Under the pieces are notes generated by a model. It did not search any database. It was given only the letters and a program-made list of their open reading frames with translations, and was not told the origin of the DNA. From positions 13,332,001 through 13,396,000 of the forward strand of contig NW_024704742.1 in the NCBI RefSeq assembly GCF_018977255.1: a DNA stretch of 64,000 nucleotides, given 5' to 3'. A program made the position numbers and the translations under genes. This DNA is from Callorhinchus milii (lineage: Eukaryota). Shown here in pieces: positions 12,668 through 25,932 of this stretch. Each line of letters opens with the position of its first letter. Position 1 is the first letter of the stretch.

Positions 12668-13489
12668 CTGAGAGAATAATAAATAATAATAAATAAACTG
12701 TGAACAAAGAGGTTGCACATTTGTTTCAAAATACTCGAGGCAAAAAAAATCTTTCTTCAACACCAATTTGTGTTTGTCTTCTGTCCAACTTTGCCACAAA
12801 CACACACTCAGAGAAGGGAGGTTCTCTCGGTGTCCTGCCCAACAATCCCCCCAAATAAAACTGGTCATGGCTGTTTATGACACATTGCTGTGTGAAAATT
12901 AACTGCCGTATTCGCCTACAAATACACAGTCATTGCACTTTATAGTGAAGCGCTATGAGAGGTTTCAACGACGTGATAAGGCGCAATATAATAATAAATA
13001 ATAATAATAATAATCCTTGCATTTGATATAGCGCTTTTCACGTCGGGAGGACGTCCCAAAGCGCTTCACAGAACACACTGTAAAGTGAATTGACTGTATA
13101 TTTGTGGGCGAACGCGGCAGCCAATTGCGCACAGCAATGTCCCACAAACAGTCGTAGATTGAAAATGACCAATTTTTATTATTGTTTTTGGTTTTGGAGG
13201 GATTATTATTATTAGGCGTATATGAATATGAGATTCAAGGGTTATTATTATTATAGACAAGGCAGCAGACAAGCCTTCAGGCCTGGCAATCTGTAGAACC
13301 GGCCTATTGGTGAGAGGAGCCTAATCTGTCTTCTGATTTAATTGTATTTCAGCCATTCTTCCTCACTCTCCGGAATTCCATCTTGGAGTCCCTATGCTTG
13401 ACACACACAAACATGCACCTTCATAATCCACCTCAAAACCTATCTACCTATTCACCCACGTTTTCATTCATCTTCCCCCTCGCTCTTTC

Positions 13490-15655
13490 AACAACAACAA
13501 GAACAAGATTCCATTTATAAAGCGCCTTTCACGTCAGGAGGACGTCCCAAGGCGCTGCACAGTTGTGTCATGACCCGAGCAGGGGGGAAATGGTCAGGGT
13601 GAGGGGAGGGAAAGGAGGGAGCGAGGAGGGGGGAAATGGTCAGGGTGAGGGGAGGGAAGGGAGGGAGCGAGGAGGGGGAAGAGAGTCGAGAGGGGAGCTG
13701 AAGGCTCGGTCAAAGAGAAAGGTTTTGAGACCGGCCTTGAAGGAGGAAAGGGAGGAGGCGGCGAAGGCACTGGGGGATAGAGTTCCAGAGCCTCGGGGCT
13801 GAGAGGCTGAAGGCCCGGCCACCAATGGTAGGGCGGTTGGGGCGGGGGACGTGGAGCAGACCGGAGCCAGAGGAACGGAGGGTACGGGCAGGTAGGTAGG
13901 GGGATAGTAGGTTGGAGAGGTAGGAGGGAGCAAGGCCGTGAATGGCCTTGTAGGTGAGGATGAGGATCTTGAAATCAATCCTCTGGGGGATGGGGAGCCA
14001 GTGGAGGCGAGCGAGGGTGGGAGTGATGTGGTCCCGAAGCCTGGTGCGGGACAGTACACGAGCTGCAGAGTTCTGAATGACCTGCAGCTTGTGGAGGGAG
14101 GTGGCGGGAAGGCCGGCGAGGAGAGAGTTCCCATAGTCCAGCCTTGAGGTGACAAAGGCGTGGACCAGGGTTTCAGCAGCGTGAGGGGTGAGGTAGTGCC
14201 GTAGTCTGGCGATGTTCCGGAGGTGATGGAAGGCGGTGCCAGTTGTGGTGCGGATACAGCTCAGGGTCGAACAAAACCCCGAGGTTCCTGACTGGCTTTG
14301 AGAGGTGGAGAGTGCAGCCTTGGATGCTGATGGTGTCGGCGCCTGAGGTGCGGAGGCGCTGACGTGAGCCAATCAGGAGGGCCTCGGTTTTTCGCACGTT
14401 GAGCTGAAGAAAGTTGTCTCTCGTCCAGGACTCGATGTCGGACAGGCAGGCTGTCAGGACATCGGTGGTCGTGGAGTTGAGAGTAGAGGAGGAAAGGTAG
14501 AGTTGGGTGTCATCCGCATACATGTGGAAGTTAACTCCATGTCTGCGGATGATGTCACCAAGGGGGAGCATATAGAGGGTGAAGAGGAGGGGACCGAGGA
14601 CAGAGCCCTGAGGGACACCACATGAGACAGTACGGGGGGTGGAGGAGAAGCCATTCGTCGAGACAAAGTGAAGACGGTGAGAAAGGTACGACCTAAACCA
14701 CTCAAGGACAGTGCCTTGAAGGTTGAGGTGGGAGGACAAGCGGTGGAGTAGGATAGCGTGGTCGACCGTATCGAATGCTGCCGATAGGTCGAGGAGGACG
14801 AGGAGGCAGAGGGAGCCCTGGTCACAGATGGTCAGGATATCATTGGTGACCTTGACCAGGGCAGTTTCTGTGCTATGGGCAGCACGGAAACCTGACTGAA
14901 GGGGTTCGAAAAGTGAATGGGTGGAAAGGAAAGAGCGCAGTTGGGAGGCGACAACTCTTTCCAGGACCTTGGAGAGAAAGGGGAGGTTGGAGATGGGCCG
15001 GTAGCTTGATAGCTGCGACGCATCAAGGGAGGGTTTTTTCAGGGTGGGCGTGATGGTGGCAGTTTTTAAGGGAATGGGGACAGAGCCAGAGGAGAGGGAC
15101 AGGTTGATGATGTCGGTGATATGTGGGGCAAGAAAGTGGAGCTGGGAGATAAGGAGTGGAGTGGGGATGGGGTCAAGGGAGCAGGTGGTTGGTTTTAGGG
15201 ATAGGATGAGTTTGGTGACAGAGGGTGGGGAAACGGGTACAAAAGTGAGTAGGGGAGGATGGGTAGCAGTCGGAGTGTGGGAGTGAGGGGGTGGGGGGTT
15301 GGTGGATGTTGGAGGGGAAGTGACCGCGGAGCGAATTCCCTTGATCTTGGATTCAAGGAAATCCAGCATCTCCTCGCAGTGAAGGTTGGAGGAGATGACC
15401 TGCGCGGGGTGGCGGGGGGGACGGAGGAGTCGGGTTGTGGTGAAAAACAGTAGCCTGGGGTTGTTCTTCGCCTCCAGGATTATCCTGGAGTAGAAGGACG
15501 ACTTGGCCGAGGCTAGAGTGGAGCGGTAAATTTTGAGGAGGTCCAGCCAGATTTGTCGGTGGACCGTTAGGCCAGATTTGACACAGGTGCGTTCAGCAGC
15601 CCGCACCTGGCTTTTCAGTGAGCGGAGGTGGGTGGTGTACCAGGGGGAGTAGGAG
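13490..15655 (-). mobile_element. 5'-truncated, relatively young L2-clade LINE with RT domain and (TTG)n tail
   Basis: 477-aa ORF with [36 protein letters not shown]; small deletion/frameshift near 14255; C-terminal HWLP motif. Confidence 0.95.
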
Positions 15656-15857
15656 TAGGAGACAGGTCAACTCCCCGATCCCAAGCTTGAGCACCCAGTG
15701 AGTTGTGTGAAACCCCTTGAGATGTCTGTTATATGCATGTAACTTGTTTATTCTGGTGAAGATCTGTACATTACTCCTGCTGAATATTAAAAAATGTAGC
15801 TATATAATAATAATAATCATCCTTGAATTTAATATAGTGCTTTATAACATCTTCAAG

Positions 15858-16635
15858 ACAACAACAAGAACAACTTGCACTTATAAAGCGCCATCCATGC
15901 AGGATAGCATCTCAGAGCGCTTAACAGCCTGACTCCGAGTCAGGGGGAGTGGGAGACAACAACAACAACTTGGATTTATATAGCGCCCTCCACGCCGGAC
16001 GGTGTCTCAGAGCGCTTCACAGTAATGGATCCCGGGGCCGAGCCAGGGGGAGGGGGAGGAAGTTGACCAAAGGCGCGGTCGAAAAGAAAGGTCTTCAGCA
16101 GAGACCTGAAAATGGGAAGGGAGGGAGCAAGACGAAGGGAGTGAGGAAGGCAGTTCCAAAGCCTTAGGGTGTAGTGGCTGAAGGAGAGAGGAGAAATCGA
16201 TCCTCTCTGGGATAGGCAGCCAGTGCAGTCTGGCAAGGACTGGGGTAATCGGGGAGCGGAGTTTCATGCAGGTGAGAATGCGGGCGGCAGAGTTTTGAAT
16301 TATTTGAATTTTATGGATGCCAGTGGAGGGGAGACCGGCGAGGAGGGCGTTGGAGTAGTCTAGCCAAGAGGTGACAAAGGCATGGACCAGGGTTTCAGTG
16401 GCTTTTGGGGAGAGGTATTGGCGGAGACGGGTGATGCATCGGAGGTGGAAGGAAGTGGTGCTGGTGAGGGACCGGATGTGGGGGAGGAAGGATAATTGGG
16501 GGTCGAACCTGACGCCTAAGTGGCATACGGGTTCGACGAGTTTTAGGGGGAGGTCGGGCAGGTGGAGGCGGTGAGAGCCGTGAGATTTTAGACATTGACG
16601 AGAGCCAAAGAGTATGGCTTCTGTCTTGTCAACGA
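15858..16635 (-). mobile_element. Stacked L2 3'-end fragments
   Basis: ITPVLARLHWLPIPERIDF; (CAA)n tails on + strand; similar 3' fragments at about 2673-2940, 3598-3870, 19358-19565, 31445-31780(+), 34000-34250, 34613-34900, 42497-42700, 43270-43495(+), 51238-51545, 53248-53610, 56640-57150. Confidence 0.8.
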
Positions 16636-17526
16636 CATCTCAAAGCACTTCGCAGAATATACTGTAAAGTGAATTTTGTGGGCAAAATGCAGCAGCCAAT
16701 TGTGCACAGCAGTGTCTCACAAACAGTCTTGATTGAAGTGACCAAATTGTTATTTTTTTCTTGAAGGGATTATTATCCTCAGAAAAGCGACCTGCCAATC
16801 GACTAACAACCTGGTTCCTACTTACTGCGAGGTAAATCAGAGGCATGTGGAGTAAGGAAACTTGCCCAACATTTCGTCCTGCCCAGGAATGGATTGGGGA
16901 AACTAATGAATGGTTATTTCAAACCAAATACCTGGTGTTAAAACTGGAAGTGCTGATGATGAAAGGTCTAAACAAACAGTGGGACAGGGATGAAAGGAAT
17001 AATCCTCTGTTTTTAGTCAAACAGTCGTACCTTATCACGATTTGACTGGTTGACTAAGCATTTCACAGCATTTACTGCCAAGTGTAGCAACTGAATATTT
17101 GTACAGGCAAACACGGCAGCCAAATTGCACACAACAATGTCCCATAGACAGCCATGAAGCGAGTAACCAATCTTATTTAGAGAATTGTTGGCCAGAACAC
17201 CAGGAGAAATTCACTTCTCTTTTCGAATAGTGACAGAAAATCTTTAACGTAGACAAAAACAGGCAGATGGAGCCTCAGTTTAACGTCTCATATGAAGGAC
17301 GGCACTTCTGACAATGCAGGGTTCCTTCAGCACTTCACTGGAGCGTCAGGCTAGACTGTGAGCTCAATATCTCAATGTTGAGAGATACAGGACTTGAACC
17401 TGCAATCTTCAGACTCAGAGGCAAGAGTCTACCAATGTAGCCAAGTTGAGAAAGCAATTTGTATTTATTCAGTTAAAAAATAATGTTGGTTTAAGTTATA
17501 ACTTGATGAGCTAAGTGAACCAGCAC

Positions 17527-17742
17527 CTGGGCATGACTTGTTTGATAGCCAGTGTTGCCTCGCTGCCTCTCTTACTAACAGGAAAGGAGGCAGTTAGGTT
17601 GGTAACATCACAGTAGGCAGAAGGCAATGGAGATGGGCTTCCCATTGCCTGCCCTCCATAGTATAGTCCTATCACCAGGCGGCAAACCCGGTACAAAGGA
17701 TTCAATCCCAGCAAGAAATCATAAAACACAGCAAAACCAGTT
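17527..17742 (-). pseudogene. CCDC17-like exon, 216 bp
   Basis: ttcctgcag|A; TGFAVFYDFLLGLNPLYRVCRLVIGLYYGGQAMGSPSPLPSAYC...LAIKQVMPR (cf. AGLVIFYDFLRGL...LASRQPVPR); AG|gtgctg. Confidence 0.88.
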
Positions 17743-18481
17743 CTGCAGGAAAGAGGAAAGAAGGTTTCACATGAAGAGTAATTCATGAATTTGATACAGC
17801 ACCTCATCCCAACAAAAGAGCACTTCACCAGATGGGAACTTGGTTTAACAGCTCATTTGATACTTTAGACTGAATGGCCTTCTTCCATGCTGCAAATAAT
17901 AAATAATAATCCTTGCATTTGACATAGCGCCTTATCACCTCTTGAGATGTCTCAAAGAGAATATACTGTAAAGTGAATTGACTATATATTTTGTGGGTGT
18001 TACGTGGCAGCCAATTGTGCACAGCAGTGCCCCACAAACAATGGTGGATTGAGTGACCAAATTTTTTTTTGAAGGGTTATTACCCATGGAAAAGCGATCC
18101 ATCAATTGACCAACAACTGGGTTCCTATTTATTGCTAGGTAAACAGAGGTGTGTGGAGTAAGGAAACTTGCCTAACGTTTCGCCCTGCTGGGAATCTAAC
18201 CTAGGTCTCTCGCTTGCAAGGTGAGTGCTCTAACCACTGAGCTACAGGACTCCACAAATGTTCTGGGGATCTATCTTTCAAAAAAATGAATCGCTATGAA
18301 CTTCTTTTAAATAATGGCTTCATCAGACAGAAACATGGTTTACACATCTCATCTGATACAACAGGCTGCATCGCTTTTCGCTATGCTGTAAAACATTTTA
18401 CGTTTCCATCTGTCAAAAAAATAAATCTGTTCTGAATTATATAGTAATCTAATAACTCAACAACCTTTGGAAAGCACTCAC

Positions 18482-18555
18482 ATTGGGTCATAAGGTGCAG
18501 GCCCCAAGCCGTCACTGGAGTTGGCAAGAGTTGGAGTTTGGGGCCAAAGCTCCCC
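18482..18555 (-). pseudogene. CCDC17-like exon, 74 bp
   Basis: catag|GGG; GELWPQTPTLANSSDGLGPAPYDP; AT|gtgagt. Confidence 0.85.
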
Positions 18556-19723
18556 CTATGTCAGTGAAATACAAAAAGAGGATTTAAGTTTCACAGAAGA
18601 TGAACTTAAGATCTATGTTAAAGCCATCATTTTGAACAAGCAGAGAATTCAGCCTACGATGCAAATTTCCATGCATCTTATTGCATATTCCAAGCATTGC
18701 TTGCTTTGGAATTCAATTCTTTTTTCGGTTCATTTCAGCCCATTTCCAAAATAAAACCTGGTGTGTTTCACCTGTGCTGACACAATGAAATGACTGGTGT
18801 ACCTGACATCAGATATCCCTTCTCCCCCCATGCATCTGGCAATGTGTTTGTGCGCTAGGTGTTCATCTTTGCCCCTTTTACAATGCAGTTTTCCCTCAAC
18901 CAAAACCCTCTGCCATCTGGAAATTTGCAAGGCATTATTTGACTAAGTGTGCATTACTGACACACCAGTCCTGTCCTCCTGCCACATCCATGCACTTTTC
19001 CAAGAAGATCTTTGATTAAAGATCAGTAGTTCCTCTCCCTCCCCGCATGGGAATTTGGGTTTACCTGCGTCCCATGTATGCTGCTTGGACATTTCCTCCA
19101 CCTTTTTACAAACATATTGCTGATTGGAACACTGGTTATCCATCAAATAATAGCCCCCTTGCCTGGATTTGCCATCCACACTAATGGTCATTGTGAAAGA
19201 CACAAAACAAAAGTGCTCACAATTAAGCTAAATGTGTCAATATATCACACGCTGGGATATCAACCAGGGTTTAAAATACTGGAGTCTTAACAAGATTAAC
19301 AAAGTAATCGGGAATGTTGAATCCTGCCAGTTACTGAATGTGTCTTGCACACACTGACAACAACAACTTGCATTTATATAGTGCCCCTCACGCAGGGTAG
19401 CTTCCCAGAGCGCTCGACAGTGGCGGAGCACGAACTCGACCCAGTGGGAAGGGGGAGATGACCATAGGCACTCTTGAAAGGGAAGGTCTTCAGGTGCGAC
19501 CTGAAGATGGGGAGGAAGGGGCAAGGCGGAGGGATAGAGGTAGAATGTTCCAGAGTTTCGGGGCAGACACTTTGCTGTGACGGAGAATCGGGAGTTCTGA
19601 TGATTGGCATGACATACATTCAGTTACTGTCAGGATTCAATATTTACCACGACATTCACGTTCAGCTGACAATGACTAGGTTTCCCCCTGGTGGAAGCCT
19701 TACTGGTTACAATCTGCTCTTAC

Positions 19724-19911
19724 CAGTGGCAGGAAGGGAGGAGCTTGGGGATGAGCTGCAGGAGCATTTTGTGTATTTGGGCTCCTCATGTGGGATCGGA
19801 ACCGCTGAATCTCCATCTCCTGCTTCAAAAGGTCAACCTCTGTGTTCAGTAGCTTAATTTTCTCAATGCTCCTCTTCTTACTTGCCTGCAGTTTATCATG
19901 ATCATCTGCAT
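19724..19911 (-). pseudogene. CCDC17-like exon, 188 bp
   Basis: ttttactag|AT; ADDHDKLQASKKRSIEKIKLLNTEVDLLKQEMEIQRFRSHMRSPNTQNAPAAHPQAPPFLPL; CTG|gtaaga; phase 1 to 0 fits both neighbours. Confidence 0.8.
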
Positions 19912-21723
19912 CTAGTAAAAGTGACGGGTTTTAACAGCAACTTACACTAGCCTCCCTCACCTTGATGAACATTAAAAAAGCAGACTGACCATGTGTGCAG
20001 CTGGATGAAAGGAGTCACTTGCACCAGGCATTACTTCCACTGAGAACCGGTAAGTGACGAGGAGGATGTAAGCCTATCTGCATTTAGATGCCTCAGCATC
20101 TGCACCAGCACTCATTGTTGCAGAAGCGACTGGAACAATACTGACCACAGGTGAGATCATTCAGTCAAAAGTGCCAATCAATGTGTTTTTTTCTTATCTG
20201 TGTCAATTTCTGTCGAGTCTTGGAGAGGTCTTAGGCCAGGCTCTAATGATGTAACAACATGTAGCTCAATGATTAGAGCACTCACATTGCTTCACATTGC
20301 AAGTTCGATTCCCTGCAGGGCGAAATGTTGGGCAAGCTTCCTTACTCCACACACCTCTGTTTACCTAGCAGTAAGTAGGAACCTGGTTGTTAGTCGATTG
20401 GTGGATCGCTTTTCTGGGGATAATAATCCCTTCAAGAAAAAAATAACAATTTGGTCACTCAATCCATTGACTGTTTGTGAGACACTGCTATGAGCAATTC
20501 GTTGCCGCACTTCACCCACAAAATACAGTCAATTCAAAGCACTTCATAGTGAAGTAACGTGTCTAGGCTGACTCTCCAATACAAACTATACAGCCAATTC
20601 ATTATAAATTCACTGTGAGCTAGTTGGAAAGCGTCCTTCTAATTTCACCTAAAAGGTTTTTTTTGTTTATCTTAAAACGCATTTCAGCCAGCAATGTCTG
20701 GCCAGCAATATCTAGCTGGCAGTGCATACCAAGCAGTGTTTCATCAGCAGTCGATCTGTCTTGGGGGAGAGTGTGCATTCCAGTACAGACACAGGAATTT
20801 CCATGTATAGGTGGTATGCTTAGTGTGGTTTGGATACTCTGAAGCATGTGATGGGTTTCCGCATGCGTCAGACACCTGGCTCGTATCCAGGTAGTAGGAT
20901 GATCTGGCTAGAGTTGTTCAGCCAGCAGTCTAGCCATTTCCTACAAAACTACACATCCAGTTTAATTCTGCTGTAAACTGCTCTATCACAGTCCTACAAA
21001 GCTATAATCTAGTGAATCACTTACATACAAAACAAACAATTGTTGAGAAGTAGTAGTATTCCTGATCTCAAAATAGAGGTGAGGAGGAAGAGGGAGATCA
21101 CATGTTCCTGAATACAATGTATTTACATAGTCATTTTAGTTACAGATAATAATAATAATAATCCTTGCACTTGACACAGTGCCTTTTCACATTGTAATGA
21201 CATTTCAAAGTGCTTCTCAGGATAAACTGTGGTGTCACTTTTGTCAAACTACATGCCAGCCAGTTTGTGCATAGCAATGCCCACAAAGAGCCATGGGGTG
21301 AATGCAGTTTATCATGCTCATCTGCATCTGGTAAAAGCCAAGACACTGGGAGAAACTCTCTTTTCTTTTCAAACAGTGCCATGAGATCTTTAACATCCAC
21401 CTGAACAGGCAGACATGACATCGGTTTAATGCTCATCCGAAGGATGGCACCTTCACCAATGCAGCGCTCCCCCTGCACTGCATTGGAGGGTCAGCCTAGA
21501 CTATACGGATGTCAAGTCCTGATAAGGGGCTTGAACCAACAATCTGCTAACTCAGAGGTGAGATTGCTATCAAGTGCGCCAGACTAACACCTAACTGAGA
21601 TGCCAGGCTACCTGATAGGCAGAAAAAACTGCTTTGAAGCTTTTTTGTCTATACTTGACTTACATAGACATAGGCCTATACTATGTAGTTTATGAATGTT
21701 GATAAATTGTTAGTGAATATTAC

Positions 21724-21888
21724 CTAGGAGCATTAGTATCTCACTGGAGGAAGTCTTTAGCAACCTTTGAGCCCCGGGGTGTTTGTGTTTCAGCTGCAGT
21801 TTCAGGATCTCTTCTTCCAGACGCTGGTTTTCAATCTCCAGAGAAATCAACTCTACGTCCAGACTGTGCTTATAGGAGTTGTGTCCTC
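21724..21888 (-). pseudogene. CCDC17-like coiled-coil exon (alternative same-phase donor would end it at 21745)
   Basis: tgacag|GA; GHNSYKHSLDVELISLEIENQRLEEEILKLQLKHKHPGAQ... (cf. ELLVVEAENRRLEAEILALQ); G|gtaata. Confidence 0.82.
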
Positions 21889-23906
21889 CTGTCAGCCAGA
21901 GAGAGAGAATCAATCTAATTTTTTCTGGTTAACTCCAGAACAAAACTTTCATTAAAAGCAACAGGTGGCAGGAGCACGTGCAAAATGTGTTCACAAACAA
22001 AATGTTTCGGAAACCATTTTGGGAATGAACAAAAAACAAATCATGAAATTGGGAAATGCCCTGTCTGATCCATGTATTGTTAGTCGATCAAGAACCAGCA
22101 ACAGAGAGATTTCAATCATGAAAGAGAAAAATAAGGTAATAATAATTGTTGCATTTGATATAGGCTTTATCACCTCTTCGAGATGTCTCAAAGCACTTCA
22201 CAGAATATACTGTAAAGTGAAGTGACTGTATATTTGTGGGCGAAACGCAGCAGCCAATTACGCACAGCAGTGTCCCAGAAACAGTCGTGGATTCAGTGAC
22301 CAATTTATCATTTTTTTTGAAGGAATTATTCCCCTCAGAAAAGTGATCTGCCAATCAACTAACAACCGGCTTCCTATATGTAAGGACATGGGAGGAAATT
22401 TGACGAAAAACCAAAGGAGAAAACCCACAGGCAAGACTGACCATGGTTAAAAAACCAGGTACTTTGGAAGTGCAATGTAAAGTTTGTGAAATTACAGGAG
22501 GCAGCAAGGATGTTACAAAAAAGAGCTTGATAGGGTATACAAATGGCTGATAACTGGCACATGAAGTACCAATATAGATATATATATAGATATATAACAC
22601 TGCATATAGGAAATAATAATAATCCTTGCATTTGATATAGCACCTTATCGCGTCTTTAAGACGCTTCACAGAATAGACCTTAAACTAAGTTGACTGAATA
22701 TTTTGTGGGTAAATTTCGGCAGCCAATTGCGCACAGCAGTGTCCCACAAACATTCACGGATTGAGTGACCACATTATTATCATTATTATTTTAGGAGTAG
22801 GAGAAATATGTAATCCTTAGGTGGGATAGAATTTGTCGAGGATAAAGCTGAAAGAGATCTAGAGGTGTCAGTTGACTCATTGCTCGCCTTGCCAAAACAA
22901 TTAATTTAGCAATAGCTTTGGTTAACTTGTGTTAAATTGCTGAGCAATTTAACACAAGTTAACCGAAGCTGAGCTCTATTGCTAAATTAATTTAATTCAG
23001 ATGCCCAGATGTCATACCCTGGTCAGGTCACTACTAAACTGGTATATAGTTCCGGTTGCAGCAACCTAAGGGGGCTGTCCAAGCCATAAAAGCAATGGAG
23101 AACCCAGAGGTGAACTGAGAAAATTACTTTGAGATGTACCAAGAATCAGTATAAGACAACACAGGTTTAGGGTTTCAAAGAGCAAGACAGACACCAAAAA
23201 ATATTTCTTTACGCAGACGATCATCAATGATCAGTGATCCTCATTAATGATCACTAATGATAATAAGGACAAAGAAAGGCCAGTAGGAGGATGGGTATTC
23301 TGGAAGGATAAGATCAGCAGAACAACTTCTGTGAGAGCAAATCGAGGTCAATGGAGGTTTCCAACAGGACATCACTTAATGTTAGTGTATAAACCGAGAC
23401 ACATCCAGGTATTGCTATTTTCAAACAAATTTGAAAACCTGGTAAATTATGTCCCACACCACTTCCCCTATGATTTTTGAATGTGAATGAATCCGTTTCC
23501 TCTATATTTGGAGTCCTGTAGCTCAGTGGTTAGAGCACTCGCCTCTCAAGCGAGAGACCTGGGTTCGGTTCCCAGCAGGGTGAAATATTGGGCAAGTTTC
23601 CTTACTCCACACACCTCTGTTTACCTAGCAGTAAGTAGGAACCCGGTTGTTAGACAATTGGCGGATCGAGGTCCGGAAGAAATAATACCTTTTTTAAAAA
23701 AAGATTGGCCACTTCAATCTACGACTGTTTGTGGGACACTGCTGTACGCAATTGGCTGCCGCATTTTGCCACAAAAATACAGTCAATTCACTTTACAGTA
23801 TATTCTGTGAAGTGCTTTGAGACGTCTAGAAGATGTGAAAAGCGCTATATCAAATGCAAGGATTATTATTATTTGTTATTACAACAAAATTTGCAAGCGA
23901 CCGTAC

Positions 23907-24046
23907 TGTGGATCTTGTTCTTGCTTCGTCCCCTTGGACATTTCGTTCTCTGGTTAAGTTGCTGAGCTTCTGCCAGGAGGTCATGTAGCTGTGCGAGGAT
24001 CAGCTGGTCGTTGCCACCATTTTGTAGATAGGAGAGGCGCAAGGCA
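23907..24046 (-). pseudogene. CCDC17-like exon, 140 bp
   Basis: cctgcag|T; ALRLSYLQNGGNDQLILAQLHDLLAEAQQLNQRTKCPRGRSKNKIH (cf. recalled CCDC17 [20 protein letters not shown]); A|gtacgg. Confidence 0.85.
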
Positions 24047-24436
24047 CTGCAGGCAATTCAAATACCAGGTCATCAACACACATAAATGACACAGCAGTGG
24101 AGACCGCTAACTTTGCAAATGATTACACTAAATGTGGCCTGTTTCACTCACAAAATATACACTCACTCACAATTCACTATACTGTATATACTTTGCGACG
24201 TCTTGAACACATGATCAGGCTCTATATCAAATGCAAGAATTATTATTAATAAAGTCGGAATGAGGGCATACTTTGACGATAATCACCAAAGGACAAAAGC
24301 AGAAAGTTAGAAGATTTGCTTTACATGTTGCTGCGGATTGTAAGAAATATGGAATCACTTGATACAGATGAAGCCTTCAATAGCATATTGCTTTGCAGTA
24401 TCATGTACACTAGATGCTTTGTTTCCAGTTCATTAC

Positions 24437-24556
24437 CTGATTTCAGATGACAGGCTTCCTCCTCCATAGAAAGGAATGTAAGTCTGTGACTGTTGAACTG
24501 TCTCCTTTTTCTTTGAAGAGTGGGAGGTTCTTGGTCTCCTTTCAGCTTTGTTCCGC
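24437..24556 (-). pseudogene. CCDC17-like exon, 120 bp
   Basis: gtgtag|G; RNKAERRPRTSHSSKKKETVQQSQTYIPFYGGGSLSSEI; AG|gtaatg. Confidence 0.8.
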
Positions 24557-25778
24557 CTACACATTAATAAAAGTACAATATACAATAAACTGGATTTTCT
24601 CTCCAGGCCTTCAGAACCAAATAACAGCATTGAAGTCAAAGTGATGGATAAATAGGAGTCCTGTAGCTCAGTGGTCAGAGCACTCGCCTTGCAAGCGAGA
24701 CACCTGGGTTCAATTCCAGGCAGGGTGAAACCTTGGGCAAGTTTCCTTACTACACACACCTAATAATAATGCCTCCAAAACAATAGTACATTGGTCATTT
24801 TCAATCCACGACTGTTTGTGGGACACTGCTGTGCGCAATTGGCTGCTGTGTTTCGCCCACAAATATACAGTCAATTCACTTTACAGTATATTCTGTGAAG
24901 CTCTTTGAGATGTCTAGAAGACGTGAAAAGCGCTATATCAAATGCAAGGATTATTATTATTAAATATTTTAATTTTAAGATTATCTATCATGTGATTCAG
25001 GTAGATAGTAAGGGACCTTGCTCTCCTCCATTGGTTCCCTATTCCCCCATGGATTAAATTTAAGATCTTCGTCCTTGCATTCAAATTCCCTCCGCAGTCT
25101 GTCAATAATTCTTTTAAAATAAATCATAATTTGGACACTCAATCCACGACTGTTTGTGGGTCACCTCTGTGCGCAATTGGCTGCCGCATTTCGCCCACAA
25201 ATATACAGTCACTTCACTTTACAGTATATTCTGAGAAGCACTTTGAGACATCTCGAAGAATTGATAAGGGGCTATATCAAATGCAAGGATTATTATTATT
25301 TAATATTAATAATCCTTATATTTGATATAACGCCTTTTCACGTGGGCAAAACATGACAGCTAATTGCGCACAGCAGTGTCCCACAAACAGTCTTGGATGA
25401 GTGACCTTTTTTAAAGGAATTATTACCCTCAGAAAAGCAATTAACTAACAACTCGGTTCCTACTTACCCCAAGGTAAACAGAGTAAAGAAACTTGCCTAA
25501 GGTTTCGCCCTGCCCAGGAATCGAACCCAGGTCCTCTTACTAGCAAAGCAAGTGCTCTAACCAACACCCATACAGGACTCTGCTTAGTATTTGTATTACT
25601 ATTAATTATCTTCATTTGAACTATTATCCCCTTTAAACCCCCGAAGCACTGATAAAGAAGTCAGTTCAAAGACCTTGACTTCCATGACTGGTATGGAAGT
25701 GCTCTAAGACACTACCCTGCGTGGAGGGCACTATATAAGTGCAAGTTGTTGTTGTATAGTATACCCCAATGTCCTTAC

Positions 25779-25932
25779 ATTGGCTCCATCTGTAGAATCT
25801 CCAGCTGTTGTTTCATAGAATGAAGAAGCAACTAATTTTTGTGTTCCTGGACCTTCACCTCTGACAACATTTTCTTAACTTGGCAAGAGGTTTTGCTGTG
25901 ATGAGACAATTCATTTAATCTTCTCACAATTT
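25779..25932 (-). pseudogene. CCDC17-like exon, 154 bp, in-frame TAG at 25832-25834
   Basis: ttttgcag|AA; (E)IVRRLNELSHHSKTSCQVKKMLSEVKVQEHKN*LLLHSMKQQLEILQMEP; AT|gtaagg. Confidence 0.78.

Noticed and set aside
14173..15606. 477-aa ORF as a host gene or autonomous element
   Set aside because: It is the RT of a 5'-truncated L2 with no endonuclease domain and a downstream frameshift
18521..18754. + strand ORF with FTEDELKIYVKAII, resembling a Myb/SANT (Harbinger) N-terminus
   Set aside because: Similarity is very short, no transposase or TIRs nearby, and it overlaps a minus-strand CCDC17-like exon and acceptor
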